Notes: generated by a model from the letters alone, not told the origin. Counted from the first letter of the stretch, positions 28,944-40,455 are shown. The stretch: 64,000 nucleotides of DNA from Aulosira sp. ZfuVER01 (GCA_034530615.2 JAVRCV020000031.1:32001-96000); one strand, 5' to 3'. Translations and numbers: made by a program.

Positions 28944-29744
28944 CTGAAAGGCTTTAAATTTAAAGGCGTAGAAAAACTGATTGGTCCGATAGCTGCGCTT
29001 CTCGGCTTCGTCTGCTTATTGCAGTGGTATATCAATGGCGAATTGCGATCGCCTGGCGATCCCATTTTTGAAGCTAAACAACCACCTTTGGTGATGAAAG
29101 GCGGCGATCCTTACATCCGCGCTTTAATGCGAACTATCTCCGCCAGCGAAGCCAACAGCAAACGTCCCTATTCTCTGCTTTATGGTGGTCAACAGGTGCG
29201 TGACCTCAGCCGTCATCCTGAGGTATGTGTCACTATTGTTACTGGTCCTAACACAGGTAATTGCTCTACTGCTGCTGGTAGATATCAAATCATTAACACT
29301 ACTTGGTATCAAATCGCTCCACGATATCATCCAAAACCTATGCAAATTATGTTTTGGTCTGCTTATAGCTTTGAAGCCGAGTATCAAGATGTGGTAGTTT
29401 ACCGTTGGTTAAGTGACTCCAAATTTTGGGGAATTGATTTTGCTCAACAGTTGCAACAAGGTAAGTTGAATGATGTTTTGCGGCGTTTATCACCTACTTG
29501 GACAAGTCTAGGCTACGGCATAGAAACCAATTCTATTAGTAGCTCTTTGCCCAAAATTTATCAGAAGTTGTTGAAAGAAGAATTAAAAGCAGTTAATCAA
29601 TCACCTTCAGCGAATTTTCTACCAACTCCAACCCCAAGCTTAACTCCCAGACCTCTGCAAATTTCTCCTGACAGGAAAAATTCAACTATTCCTCCTCATA
29701 GAGGTAGTAGTGGAGCATTAGAACTCAGATTGAATAGTCTGTAG
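28944..29744 (+). CDS. Lambda-lysozyme-like muramidase/transglycosylase with probable N-terminal membrane anchor (CTG start proposed)
   Basis: RALMRTISASE catalytic Glu, STAAGRYQI, WTSL; SD AAGGAG 7 nt before an in-frame CTG at 28944. Confidence 0.8.
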   Translation: MKGFKFKGVEKLIGPIAALLGFVCLLQWYINGELRSPGDPIFEAKQPPLVMKGGDPYIRALMRTISASEANSKRPYSLLYGGQQVRDLSRHPEVCVTIVTGPNTGNCSTAAGRYQIINTTWYQIAPRYHPKPMQIMFWSAYSFEAEYQDVVVYRWLSDSKFWGIDFAQQLQQGKLNDVLRRLSPTWTSLGYGIETNSISSSLPKIYQKLLKEELKAVNQSPSANFLPTPTPSLTPRPLQISPDRKNSTIPPHRGSSGALELRLNSL

Positions 29745-30173
29745 TGTCAATTAATTTTAGATTAAAAGGCCATTACCCTTGGATGTGACGCTCTACAATT
29801 TCTTTGAAGATGCAAGGGTGTGTTACTGCTATGTAATCATTTGAGCGTTTGAAAGAGTGAAAACTGTAACGCACTGTTTTCAAACACCCTACAAATTGGA
29901 TATTTTTTTAATTGCAACTGAATATATGTTCTATAGGGAATGCACTGACCGATGCAAATACCAAATTCAGCAGTGCGATCACATAACTTAGAGCAACAAC
30001 GTAGTTGTATGTGTAATACTATTTAAATTAGTCTTAACATTTCTCAATGTATTGAGATTTTGCTACTTTTCAGTATCAAACACCAATCCTAATAAATTTT
30101 TTACTAGGAGTTGGTGAATTTTACCATGACAGTGTGGTGGTAAAAATCGCCTAAATGTTATATGGAGTAACAG

Positions 30174-30944
30174 ATGATCGAATTAGAGCAACCACCTCAT
30201 CAAAACAAACTTACTCCGGTATTCAATAGTAAGTTCTTATCTGCGGGGCTTTTAATTGCAATTGTTATTGTGAGTATCTGGGCTGTTAGCTTAGGTTTCT
30301 TGATTTCTGTTGATATTTCGCATTTCAATTTCTTGCTATTAATAGTTCTGATACTTTGGCAAACATTTTTATATACAGGATTATTTATTACCTGTCATGA
30401 TGCTATGCATGGGTCTGTATGTCCCTCTAATCCCAAGATTAATCACTTTATTGGGAAATTGTGTATATCTCTTTATGGTCTTTTGCCCTATCAAATTTTA
30501 TTAAAAAAGCATTGGTTACACCACCATAACCCAGCTAGTGATTTAGATCCAGATTTTCATGATGGTAAACATAAAAATTTCTTTGCTTGGTATTTCCATT
30601 TTATGAAAAATTACTGGAGTTGGAGACAAATTATAGCTGTAACAATTGTCTATCAAAGTTTAAATTTGCTGTTCCATATACCCAGAATTAATCTAAATTG
30701 CTTTTGGGTAATTCCATCACTTTTAAGTTCATTACAATTGTTTTATTTTGGTACTTTTATCCCACATACTCAGCCAGTAGGAGGTTATATTCAGCCTCAT
30801 AAAGCCCAAACTATTAAGCGTCCAACCTGGTGGTCATTTATCACGTGCTATCACTTTGGCTACCACGAAGAACATCACGAATTTCCTCATATTGCTTGGT
30901 GGCAGCTACCAAAAGTTTATAAAATGGGTAAGAACTTCTCTTAA
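30174..30944 (+). CDS. crtW: Beta-carotene ketolase
   Basis: His boxes HDAMH, HWLHH, HEEHH; DPDFH; TCYHFGYH. Confidence 0.9.
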   Translation: MIELEQPPHQNKLTPVFNSKFLSAGLLIAIVIVSIWAVSLGFLISVDISHFNFLLLIVLILWQTFLYTGLFITCHDAMHGSVCPSNPKINHFIGKLCISLYGLLPYQILLKKHWLHHHNPASDLDPDFHDGKHKNFFAWYFHFMKNYWSWRQIIAVTIVYQSLNLLFHIPRINLNCFWVIPSLLSSLQLFYFGTFIPHTQPVGGYIQPHKAQTIKRPTWWSFITCYHFGYHEEHHEFPHIAWWQLPKVYKMGKNFS

Positions 30945-30966
30945 TCTAATGCCCAGAGAAATGCTA

Positions 30967-31650
30967 TTAGTTTGCTACTGATTTTTGCTGACTTGATATT
31001 TTCTCTATTCCTGTTTCTGGTAAAGGTGGACGCACACATAGATAAATTAGTGGTCCGAACAAGGGAATTAAAGTTATTAGCCAAAATAACTGAGGATTTT
31101 TCCAACCGCGACGCGCCATATCATCTCCTAACAATGCTGCTGGAAATAATAAGCTCAGGAGACAGAAATCTAAGCTCATCACATGAATGAAGCGGTTAGT
31201 ATGCCACTGTTGGAAAAAATTTCCCCAATCTCCGCCTTGTAAACCATAGGCAACTAAAATAGCAGCTGCTACGGTGAGGAAAATACCAGTTATGCGAGAA
31301 TCTAACAGTTTGATTAGGGCGTTTTTTGTACCTTCAAAGTGTTGACTTGGTTTGCGTAGGGCTAAGTAGGGTAAAAGTGCAAAAGCTCCGACTGCAAAAG
31401 AAGCAGTAGCAAATGGCCAAGCCGATATTTTTTGCCCTCTACCATCAATAAATACTACTGCACTATAAATTAATGGCCAGATGCCCATAAGGTTGAATAG
31501 TGCAATAACTAATGGGTTAATTCCTTGCCATTGACCGATGCTAAGTTTCTTAATTAACTCAAAGGTATCGGGTTGATCTGGAGGGGCTAAAAGAAATGCA
31601 TAAGTAATAAATCCAATCCAGAGTGAAAAATAAATAATTTTTTGCAACAT
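30967..31650 (-). CDS. Conserved membrane protein (DUF2834-like)
   Basis: LFNLMGIWP, LLPYLALR, HVMSLDF, DDMARRG. Confidence 0.75.
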   Translation of the reverse strand: MLQKIIYFSLWIGFITYAFLLAPPDQPDTFELIKKLSIGQWQGINPLVIALFNLMGIWPLIYSAVVFIDGRGQKISAWPFATASFAVGAFALLPYLALRKPSQHFEGTKNALIKLLDSRITGIFLTVAAAILVAYGLQGGDWGNFFQQWHTNRFIHVMSLDFCLLSLLFPAALLGDDMARRGWKNPQLFWLITLIPLFGPLIYLCVRPPLPETGIEKISSQQKSVAN

Positions 31651-31984
31651 AAGAATGGGGAAATGAATTTATTTTAAGCTTGCCATATCGCAAAGCAGAT
31701 TTCCTAAAGTAATGTAATGATGAGATTTACTAATATTTTTTGCTTGGGCTTCCGCTATCCAAAGTTCGCACTTACGAGTCCAACGATTGAAATAATTGGG
31801 GAGTGGGATATTACCTCGCAGTATCCAGCGCATTAAGCAGTACAAGTTATAGCGTTCCGTATGAGTCCCAGAATTCTTGTATAAGTAGAATCCCTTGGAT
31901 AAGAAACTCCATTAAAAGCCAGCTGGAGCTAGTTCATCAAGGGGTGTGAACACTCTGATTCAAGCTATTGATTCAGCATAATTT

Positions 31985-33061
31985 TTAACTAAAAGCTTCT
32001 GAAAGGTAATCAGCCGCCGCAGCGACAACTGCGATCGCACTTTCATAATCTAGGCGTGTTGGCCCCAAAACTCCCACACTCCCTACTGGTACGGAACCAC
32101 GGCGGTAAGTAGAAGTAATCAAGGTGCAGGTACGTATCGGTTCTAGTGGGTTTTCAGCACCAATGCGAACATTTACCCGTGATTTACTCCGATCTTCACC
32201 CTCTGGCTCTTCAAAGAGAAATCGTGAGAGTTGGTCTTGTTCTTCTTCCAACAGATGGATAATTGTCTGTACTTGCTGTAGCTGAGAAAATTCTGGCTGA
32301 CGCAAAACTTCTGCTACTCCCCGAACCAGAATTTGCGTTGCTGCTGGTGTAACACTCCGGCGAGTCAATTCTGCAACGGAATTTTTCAAGAATTCGCCAT
32401 AACGTTGGAATTCCCGATCCAATTGACTCCAGTCAAGATTGGCTAATTCCAGCAAACTGCGTCCCCGCAAGTGGCTATTCAAAAAGTTAGAAACAATTTG
32501 CAATTCGCGATCGATCACTTCTGCATCGAGTTTTGTCTCGTCTCGCGTCGGTGACAAATCCATCAGTCTGGAATGGGTTTCGTAACCATCAGTGACTACA
32601 ATCAGCATGATTCGCCCAGTTTCAATTTGCACCAATTGCAAATGTCGCAACAATGCTGTATTTTGTTGCGGCATGGTAATCAAGCTGATACAGCCACTCA
32701 AGGTTGCTAGAATTTGTCCTGCTCCTTGCAATAGAGCCTCCAAACTCCAATCTTCCCAGTGGAGGCGTTGTTGCAGTGCTAGCTCTACTTCTTTGGCTAA
32801 AGTTTCTGAAGGCGTAATTAAGCGATCGACATAAATGCGATAGCCCGAATCAGAAGGTACTCGTCCAGCAGATGTGTGTGGTTGGTACAGTAGCCCAGAT
32901 TTTTCTAGGACACCCATCACATTGCGAATTGTGGCAGAACTAACACCCAGGTCGTACTCTTCAATTAAAGCTTTTGACCCAACAGGCTCTGCCGTAGCAA
33001 TGTAGTGACGTACTGTTGCCCAAAGTATATGCTGTTGTCGATTTGTCAACTGGACTTGCAT
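31985..33061 (-). CDS. hrcA: Heat-inducible transcription repressor HrcA
   Basis: [40 protein letters not shown]. Confidence 0.96.
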   Translation of the reverse strand: MQVQLTNRQQHILWATVRHYIATAEPVGSKALIEEYDLGVSSATIRNVMGVLEKSGLLYQPHTSAGRVPSDSGYRIYVDRLITPSETLAKEVELALQQRLHWEDWSLEALLQGAGQILATLSGCISLITMPQQNTALLRHLQLVQIETGRIMLIVVTDGYETHSRLMDLSPTRDETKLDAEVIDRELQIVSNFLNSHLRGRSLLELANLDWSQLDREFQRYGEFLKNSVAELTRRSVTPAATQILVRGVAEVLRQPEFSQLQQVQTIIHLLEEEQDQLSRFLFEEPEGEDRSKSRVNVRIGAENPLEPIRTCTLITSTYRRGSVPVGSVGVLGPTRLDYESAIAVVAAAADYLSEAFS

Positions 33062-33504
33062 AGGTATTATTTACTGAAGGCAAATTTTAATCAAAGTTTG
33101 TAAAAGTTTGTGCTTTTTACAGCAAATGGAAAAAAATATTAATATTTAATTAATATATCTAATTGTGGATTAAGATAGCTGACTATTTAATTATAAAACA
33201 GTTAATTACTGTAAAGTTCCATATTTAGTAGCTTGATACTAGAGCTTGACTATCAACAGCAAAACTGCTAGTTTCAATTGGAATTTTTAGCTGATTAACC
33301 GTATTTTTTCATAAGCTTTTATTAAAAAATGTATTTCGTTGTACTGATTTTTTGGCTTTTGGGATATATGAGCTAAGAGAATCCTCTATACATAACTCAT
33401 CATGAGAAAATTCGCCAGTATTGCTACAAGGCGAGAATTTAATCTATTTGATCAATAGTAGAGTCAGTATTAAACGAGTAATATATCGTTCAAATCTTTA
33501 AGAA

Positions 33505-33852
33505 CTAATACTGAGGAATTGAATGGTCAACTAAGATGGAGTAAGCATCTATTCCACCCGATATGTTTCTCACATTTGTAAAACCTTGGGCAAGTAACCA
33601 CTGACACATCTGAGCAGAACGCATCCCGTGATGGCAGAGTACCAGGGTTTCAGCATGAGGATTTAAAATGGTAGGTATTTGATCGCCCCATTCGGCAAAT
33701 TCACTCAGAGGGAAGTTGACAAAGCCCTCAATGCTGGCGATCGCTAATTCTTGGGGTTCGCGCACATCTACTAGCTGAATACTAGAATCCTGAGCAGATA
33801 GACGTTGTGCCAGTTCTTCAACACTAATTTGGGGAATTGAGTTTCCGGTCAT
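33505..33852 (-). CDS. Rhodanese-like domain protein
   Basis: DVREPQE, CHHGMRS, GGIDAY. Confidence 0.92.
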   Translation of the reverse strand: MTGNSIPQISVEELAQRLSAQDSSIQLVDVREPQELAIASIEGFVNFPLSEFAEWGDQIPTILNPHAETLVLCHHGMRSAQMCQWLLAQGFTNVRNISGGIDAYSILVDHSIPQY

Positions 33853-34037
33853 GAGGTTTTTGTAAACAATCCTATATCATTTATGTTGACAGAATATCTT
33901 GACCGTAGCATGAGCATCCATTCCTAAATTAATTAGTAGATATATATGCATTATGAGATATTGGGAAGGCAACTCAAATCGCTTGCCTTTTCCTTACTAT
34001 GCTTAGAAATTAAAGGCTTTCGAGGCGAGGAGGTTAA

Positions 34038-35702
34038 GTGAATAGGCAAAGCTCATTTTTTGGTTTCCTCGTAGCTGGTGTGATCGCACTGCTAGTAGTT
34101 GTTATTGCTGGCTTTTACTGGTTGTCCGGCAAAAGTCCAGTTAATATCACTGCTGCTACTTCCCAGCCTAGTGCTACCATCTTTGTGTCGAAGTTTTCCC
34201 CGGTGACAGTATCTTTGCTAGTGAATCCAGACCAGATCAAAGTCTTGGAGCGTGAAGGGGAATTATCTAAGCTGAAAACTAATTTATTAGCTAAAAGTAA
34301 CATTAATTACCAAGAAGATATTCAACCTTGGTTAGGTAACGAAATTACGCTAGCTTTAACTACTTTAGACATCGATCGCGACCCAGACAATGGACAGCAG
34401 CCTGGGTATTTGATGGCGCTAGCAACCACACAGCCAGAAAAAAGCCGTGAGTTTATCAATCTTTTATTTTCTAAGCGGGTACTAGCTGGGGCAAATTTGG
34501 GCACAGAAGAATATGAAGGCGTGAAGCTACTTTATGATAATCCGCCACCAAAGCAAGACTTTTTGGCTGGTGCAGCAGTTGGCGATCGCTTTGTGTTGTT
34601 CGCTAACGATCTCAAAGTTCTCAAAGATGCCATTAATAACGTCCAGGCTCCCGATCTCAATTTAAACAGCTCTGTGCAATATCAGAAAGCTACTCAACAA
34701 TTACCCAAAGGTGCATTGGCTTTGGCTTTCTTAAATCTCCCCACCTTAGCGAAATGGCAAGGTTTAGAACTGCGAGAACCAACTTATGACAGCGAAATTA
34801 TTTCTCTAGTTTTAAACTCTAAAGGATTAGTGGCAGATACGAGCTTTCTGAGTTCATCAGAAACGACTTCTCCATCTCCAACTCCTTTGCTATCCCAACC
34901 TGTAGGCGCATTGCAATATATCCCCCAATCAGCAGGTTTGGCAATCTCTGGCGCAAACTTGAGCAATTTAGGTGAAACGGATTTAGCTAAACTCTGGAAA
35001 CAAGCAACAGCGACTATATCTGGTTCTAACAAAGGTACGAATTCGCAAATAGCCAAGCCATTGAGTCAACTGCAAAACCGTTGGGGGATAAACTTGCCAG
35101 AAGATATATTCAGTTGGGTAAAAGGAGAATATGCGATCGCATTACTACCCCAAAACGAGCAAAAAACAGAGAGTTGGGTTTTTGCAGTGGAAAACACCCC
35201 AGAGGTAGCAGAAGGAATTTCGCGTTTAGATGCGATCGCATCTACCAAAGGACTGAATATTAATTCCCTCAACCTTAATAATCAAAAAATCTCGGCTTGG
35301 ACAGATTTAATAGCTACAAGTAAAAAACTTGACGATCAAGACCGTCTTTCTTACACCGTTGAGACAAAAGTCCAGGGAGTGCATACAACTCTCGGAAATT
35401 ACGAAATTTTCACTTCCGATTTGGAAACAATGGCGGAAATACTCTCAGCTAAAGACAATTCCTTAGTTAAAAATCGTAATTTTCAAGATAGTATCGCTAC
35501 TATTCCCCAGCCCAACCAAGGTTACGTATATCTTGACTGGAAAAAAAGTCAAAATCTTGTAGAGCGACAGTTACCAATTCTCAAACTAGTAGAACTAGTA
35601 GGAAAGCCATTTTTTGAGAATTTGCGATCGCTTACAGTTAGTAGTTACGGTAGTGAAACAGGATTACTCAAAGGTCGGGTTTTCTTCAAACTCCAACCTT
35701 AA
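34038..35702 (+). CDS. DUF3352 domain protein
   Basis: N-terminal TM; DIQPWLGNEITLA and DIFSWVKGEYAIA repeats. Confidence 0.8.
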   Translation: MNRQSSFFGFLVAGVIALLVVVIAGFYWLSGKSPVNITAATSQPSATIFVSKFSPVTVSLLVNPDQIKVLEREGELSKLKTNLLAKSNINYQEDIQPWLGNEITLALTTLDIDRDPDNGQQPGYLMALATTQPEKSREFINLLFSKRVLAGANLGTEEYEGVKLLYDNPPPKQDFLAGAAVGDRFVLFANDLKVLKDAINNVQAPDLNLNSSVQYQKATQQLPKGALALAFLNLPTLAKWQGLELREPTYDSEIISLVLNSKGLVADTSFLSSSETTSPSPTPLLSQPVGALQYIPQSAGLAISGANLSNLGETDLAKLWKQATATISGSNKGTNSQIAKPLSQLQNRWGINLPEDIFSWVKGEYAIALLPQNEQKTESWVFAVENTPEVAEGISRLDAIASTKGLNINSLNLNNQKISAWTDLIATSKKLDDQDRLSYTVETKVQGVHTTLGNYEIFTSDLETMAEILSAKDNSLVKNRNFQDSIATIPQPNQGYVYLDWKKSQNLVERQLPILKLVELVGKPFFENLRSLTVSSYGSETGLLKGRVFFKLQP

Positions 35703-35966
35703 TATTTATATCCTGCAAAAAACAAGGTTGAACCTGTTTTATCTGAACATCAGGTTTAACCTTGGTGATTTTGAATTCCCTATAATTTTTAAGCCGAAGA
35801 CAGTGGCACTGTGAAAGTTGAATTTCTAAATTCACTTCACAACTTAAACCTTTTCAACCCTTAATTGTGGCAGATTTCAAGCTGGCACAAATTGGTCAAT
35901 CCTACGGTTTTTAAATTACAATATGTATATATAGTTACTTATAAAATTAATTGTTGGAGGACTACT

Positions 35967-36458
35967 ATGAAATATTGTCGCCTCCGGCTTAAGTCTCAAT
36001 GTGGCTGGCTTTTGGCTATAGTTACCGCCATTATGGCTCAACCTGTAATAGCACAGACAGCAAACTTTGGCACACTCAAGCTGTCAACGGGGTTCACTCC
36101 CGCACAAGGAATAATTGAAGGTTACACAGGCGGTTCTTATCCCCTGTCAGCTATTAGCAACCGCGATCGCGATAAAAAAGCTTGCATTGGCTTTGCCGAT
36201 CCAAAACCAGATCACATCCTGGTTTTAGAAAAAGACTTTGCTCGCCTCAAACTACTAGTCAACAGTGGGGGAAAAGATACCACTTTACTGATCAAAGGCC
36301 CTGACGAAAAAACAATTCGCTGTGGTGATGATACTGGTAAGAGTAAAGATGCCAGTATTGATGACCAAAACTTCAAGCATGGAACCTATGAAGTTTGGGT
36401 AGGTACATTTAATTCTGGCGTTAAGCACAATTACACTTTGACAGTAGAGCAGCCGTGA
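35967..36458 (+). CDS. Secreted hypothetical protein (PPC-like beta domain)
   Basis: GGAGG SD before ATG 35967; signal peptide; PDHIL, DTTLLI.GP, CGDD, GTYEVWVG. Confidence 0.75.
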   Translation: MKYCRLRLKSQCGWLLAIVTAIMAQPVIAQTANFGTLKLSTGFTPAQGIIEGYTGGSYPLSAISNRDRDKKACIGFADPKPDHILVLEKDFARLKLLVNSGGKDTTLLIKGPDEKTIRCGDDTGKSKDASIDDQNFKHGTYEVWVGTFNSGVKHNYTLTVEQP

Positions 36459-36573
36459 TGGGGGATGAGGGGGACAAGGGAGACAAATGCCCATTGACCA
36501 ACTTTGTTACGAGAAACACATGGAACGATAATATGGGAAAGTAGCTCGTTTTGCTTTCCGAGGGTACTATCTC

Positions 36574-37338
36574 GTGCTATCTACACTGCGTACCGACTTT
36601 CGTATCATCTTTGAACGTGACCCAGCTGCCCGCAACTGGTTGGAAGTGTTATTCTGCTACCCCGGTTTGCAAGCTTTGCTATTTCATCGGCTGGCTCACT
36701 GGCTGTATGTTATTGGCATTCCTTTTATCCCCCGTCTGATATCTCATATTGCTCGGTTTTTTACAGGAATTGAAATTCACCCAGGCGCAGCAATTGGACA
36801 TGGTGTGTTTATCGATCATGGTATGGGTGTGGTCATTGGTGAAACAGCGATCGTGGGAGACTATGCCCTAATTTATCAAGGTGTCACCCTTGGTGGTACT
36901 GGTAAAGAAAGTGGTAAACGCCATCCAACCTTGGGTGAAAATGTTGTGGTTGGTGCTGGTGCAAAAGTACTCGGCAACATTCAAATCGGAAACAATGTCC
37001 GCATTGGTGCTGGATCGGTTGTCCTCAGGGATGTCCCATCTAGTTGCACAGTTGTTGGTGTACCAGGTCGCATTATCTATCGTTCTGGAGTCAGGGTTGC
37101 GCCTCTAGAACACAACAACTTACCAGATTCAGAAGCTGAAGTAATTCGCGCGTTAGTAGACCGGATTGAAGCGCTCGAAGAACAAATACAACGTCTTCAG
37201 CCCGCCAATTCATCTAATAAAATTCCTGTTTTGGTTGGTAATTTATCATCCAGTCAAGATGAATTAACAGAAGACCTCCCTTTGTGTAACCTCAGAGATA
37301 AGGCAATTCAGCAGTTTCTTGATGGTGCAGGTATATAA
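36574..37338 (+). CDS. cysE: Serine O-acetyltransferase
   Basis: [34 protein letters not shown]. Confidence 0.96.
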   Translation: MLSTLRTDFRIIFERDPAARNWLEVLFCYPGLQALLFHRLAHWLYVIGIPFIPRLISHIARFFTGIEIHPGAAIGHGVFIDHGMGVVIGETAIVGDYALIYQGVTLGGTGKESGKRHPTLGENVVVGAGAKVLGNIQIGNNVRIGAGSVVLRDVPSSCTVVGVPGRIIYRSGVRVAPLEHNNLPDSEAEVIRALVDRIEALEEQIQRLQPANSSNKIPVLVGNLSSSQDELTEDLPLCNLRDKAIQQFLDGAGI

Positions 37339-37416
37339 CAAGGGTCAAAGGTCAATAGTCCAGAGTCTAAATCCCCCCTGCTTCCTCATTCCCCTTCTCT
37401 CATCTCTTATTCCCCA

Positions 37417-38001
37417 TTAAGGATTAATTTCTTTAGTAGACCACTCGTACTGGTCGTTGCGGTAGTATAACCAACGATTTTGTGGTTCGCCGCGTAATTC
37501 TAAATGATCTACCTGTAAAGGGTCGAGTAGCAGTAAGCAAAAATTCGGTAGTGGCTGGCGGGGATCTGGTGGTAGTGGTTTAAAAGCAGCTTGTTCATTC
37601 TTATTTCTCCCTTTGCCAGGATGAGGCCAAGCAAATTGTATCCGCGCTGCATCACTCAACTCTTGCCAGGTTGTAGCGCGTGCTGGTGCTAGTTCGGCTT
37701 GAGAATCACTTCCTACTAAAGTTAAACAACCAGTGATGCGGAATTGTTCTCGTGTATTGGGAAAGTACCAGCAGACTTCCGCCCAAGGTTGTTGCTGTAT
37801 CTGTTCAGCTTTTTCGCTACGGGAATCAGTAATAAATTTAAGCTGGTTAGTAGCTTCCAAAAAGCCACGAAAAACTACAGTTCGATTAGCAGGTAGACCA
37901 TTTACCCGGACTGTTGCTAGTTGTAAGTAACGGGCATAAGCCAGACTGCGATTTTGATGCAGGGCGCGGGCGATCGCACTTCGCCAGGGAGCAAGAGACA
38001 T
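37417..38001 (-). CDS. FMN-binding pyridoxamine 5'-phosphate oxidase-like protein
   Basis: QLATV, PANRTVVFRGF, TDSRSEK, CWYF..TREQFR. Confidence 0.85.
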   Translation of the reverse strand: MSLAPWRSAIARALHQNRSLAYARYLQLATVRVNGLPANRTVVFRGFLEATNQLKFITDSRSEKAEQIQQQPWAEVCWYFPNTREQFRITGCLTLVGSDSQAELAPARATTWQELSDAARIQFAWPHPGKGRNKNEQAAFKPLPPDPRQPLPNFCLLLLDPLQVDHLELRGEPQNRWLYYRNDQYEWSTKEINP

Positions 38002-38157
38002 TGGGCTGCAAAAGAGAAACAATATTATACATTATGGATTGATGTTGCACTTTGTACTGTTGTAAAGCAAGCGCAAGTTGTCCCTTTTGGCAATCTTTAA
38101 TCCTGAATCTACTTAGTCTATAGTCTTAATCTGTCAGCACGCAACAAGACTGGATTT

Positions 38158-40455
38158 ATGGTTCGAGAGCTTGAAAGAAAACGCCAGAGTGCAAAGTTTC
38201 CGGAAACTGCCCCCGCAGCTAATCCTGTATTTTTCAGAACCTATAGCCGTCGCAGTCCGGCAGGGTTGAGGGAAACGTGGGATGAAGTATGCGATCGCAC
38301 TCTAATGGGCTTAGTCGAACTGGGGAAACTCAGCCTCGAAGAAGCAGCTATTTTAGACAAGATGCAGCGTAATATGAAAGCCTTACCCAGTGGGCGCTGG
38401 TTATGGGTTGGTGGTACAGATTGGATAGCCAAGCCCAAAAACTTTTCTGGGGCTTACAATTGCACCTCCACCAATCTCCAAGACTGGAAAGCCTTTGGGT
38501 TAATGATGGATTTAGCGATGATGGGTTGTGGTACGGGAGCCATCATAGAACCAAGATATATTAATCAACTACCCTCAATCCGCAATCGTCTGAATATAAA
38601 TGTACAGGGTGAAATCGGTGCTACTCCTAAAGAACAGCGTCGGGAGTATACGGAAATCTCTATAGAGGGTAATCAAGTCACTATCCAAGTTGGTGATAGC
38701 CGTCAAGGTTGGGTGAAATCTTATCAAACCCTGTTAGAACTCTCCACAGATGAGAGATTTAGCGGGGAAGTTCAAGTATTCGTTGATATTAGTGATGTTC
38801 GCCAAGCCGGAGAAACTCTAAAAGGATTTGGAGGAGTTGCAAATCCGGTTAAATTGCCCATACTTTACGAAAATTGTGCATCTATTCTGAATAAAGCTTT
38901 AGGACGGCAATTAAATTCCGTTGAATGCTGTTTACTCATTGATCAAGCTGCTGTAACAATTGTTGCAGGTAATATCAGAAGAAGCGCGGGTATGCGTCAG
39001 TTCAGATCTGACGATCAATTAGGAGCCACTGCCAAAGATAATTTGTGGCAGCAAGATGCAGAAGGTAACTGGCGAATTGATCCAGAACGTGATGCTCTCC
39101 GGATGGCAAACCATACGAGAGTTTTTCATCGCAAGCCGACATTAGAAGAATCTATTGATGCTGTTCGCAAACAGTATTACAGCGGTGAAGGAGCAATTCA
39201 ATGGGCTGGGGAAGCAGTAGCTAGAGCTAACGTTGATTTGCTACCAACATCGGCATTGAAAGTTGATTTTCTCAAAGCTTACGAACAAGGAACAGCAAAA
39301 GATTGGTTGCAAGAAAACTATGCAAATCTCGATGCTGAGGAGATAGAACATCGTTTAGCTAGGTTCGGTCTAAATCCTTGTGGTGAAATTATTGGCAGCA
39401 ACTTCCACTGTAATTTGTCAGAAGTTCACCTTAATCAACTCGATCCCCATAACTATAAAGAACAAGAGGAAGCTTTCACCGCTGGAGCGCTTTCTGTAGC
39501 CGCACTATTAAATCATCAATTCCTCGAACCTCGCTATCAAAAAAGCCGAGAACTAGATCCAATTGTCGGGGTTTCTTTCACAGGCTTATTTGATTTCTTT
39601 GTCAATGCTTTTGGTGTTGATTGGTTGCGTTGGTGGGAAGCAGGAAGACCCGCCACTCCACAAGGATTGGCATTTAAACGCCAAGAAGAGAAATATCTGA
39701 GCTTCTGGAAGGATATTGTACATCGGGTTGTTTGGGAATACTGCGATCGCCACAATCTCAAACGTCCAAATCGCTGTACAACAGTCCAACCCAGTGGTAC
39801 TAAAGCATTATTAACAGGTGCTAGTTCCGGCTGGCATCCCCCCAAAGCCCAAAGATTTATTCGCCGGATCACTTTCCGCAAAAATGACCCAGTAGCCTTA
39901 GCTTGTATTGACTATGGTTACAACGTTATTCCTTCTCAATCTGACAAAGATGAACATGGTCATTTACTTAACGATCCCTTCGATCCTCGTGTTAGCGAAT
40001 GGTTAGTTGAAATTCCTGTTGCTGTACCTTGGGCAGATTTACCAGGAGCCGATCAAATCGATGTTTCTAAGTTTTCTGCCTTAGCTCAATTAGATTTTGT
40101 TCTCCAAGTTCAGCAACATTATGTCACTCATAACACCTCTGCAACTTTAGAGCTACGTTCTGAAGAAGTTGAGCCTCTGGGACAGCGCATTTACGAAGCT
40201 ATCCAGAATGATGAAGGCTATATTTCGGCAGCACTTTTAGCTCGTTTTGATGATTTGCAATCATTCCCACGTTTGCCATTTGAACCAATAGATAAACTCA
40301 CCTACGAGCGTTTAACTCAAGAAGTGAAAGCACGACGTAAAACAGATGATTTCTGTGCAGTGCTAAGTCGCTATGATTTAGGTGAATTAGCTGAAGCTGG
40401 CCCCTCTGGCTGTGACTCTGATAAATGTATGTTTCCTGTGCAGGAACCAAACTAA
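38158..40455 (+). CDS. nrdJ: Adenosylcobalamin-dependent (class II) ribonucleoside-triphosphate reductase, intein-free
   Basis: RTYSR, AYNC, AGNIRRSA, NPCGEI, CNLSE, TVQPSGT, C-terminal CDSDKC. Confidence 0.93.
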   Translation: MVRELERKRQSAKFPETAPAANPVFFRTYSRRSPAGLRETWDEVCDRTLMGLVELGKLSLEEAAILDKMQRNMKALPSGRWLWVGGTDWIAKPKNFSGAYNCTSTNLQDWKAFGLMMDLAMMGCGTGAIIEPRYINQLPSIRNRLNINVQGEIGATPKEQRREYTEISIEGNQVTIQVGDSRQGWVKSYQTLLELSTDERFSGEVQVFVDISDVRQAGETLKGFGGVANPVKLPILYENCASILNKALGRQLNSVECCLLIDQAAVTIVAGNIRRSAGMRQFRSDDQLGATAKDNLWQQDAEGNWRIDPERDALRMANHTRVFHRKPTLEESIDAVRKQYYSGEGAIQWAGEAVARANVDLLPTSALKVDFLKAYEQGTAKDWLQENYANLDAEEIEHRLARFGLNPCGEIIGSNFHCNLSEVHLNQLDPHNYKEQEEAFTAGALSVAALLNHQFLEPRYQKSRELDPIVGVSFTGLFDFFVNAFGVDWLRWWEAGRPATPQGLAFKRQEEKYLSFWKDIVHRVVWEYCDRHNLKRPNRCTTVQPSGTKALLTGASSGWHPPKAQRFIRRITFRKNDPVALACIDYGYNVIPSQSDKDEHGHLLNDPFDPRVSEWLVEIPVAVPWADLPGADQIDVSKFSALAQLDFVLQVQQHYVTHNTSATLELRSEEVEPLGQRIYEAIQNDEGYISAALLARFDDLQSFPRLPFEPIDKLTYERLTQEVKARRKTDDFCAVLSRYDLGELAEAGPSGCDSDKCMFPVQEPN

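Noticed and set aside
31669..31953. 95-codon minus-strand frame with one early TAA between hrcA and the membrane protein gene
   Set aside because: No family motif recognisable; cannot be supported as a pseudogene or ncRNA without a search.
33062..33504. CIRCE operator upstream of hrcA
   Set aside because: No TTAGCACTC-N9-GAGTGCTAA match seen.
38002..38157. NrdR boxes or cobalamin riboswitch upstream of nrdJ
   Set aside because: No convincing NrdR palindrome or B12-box seen in the short spacer.
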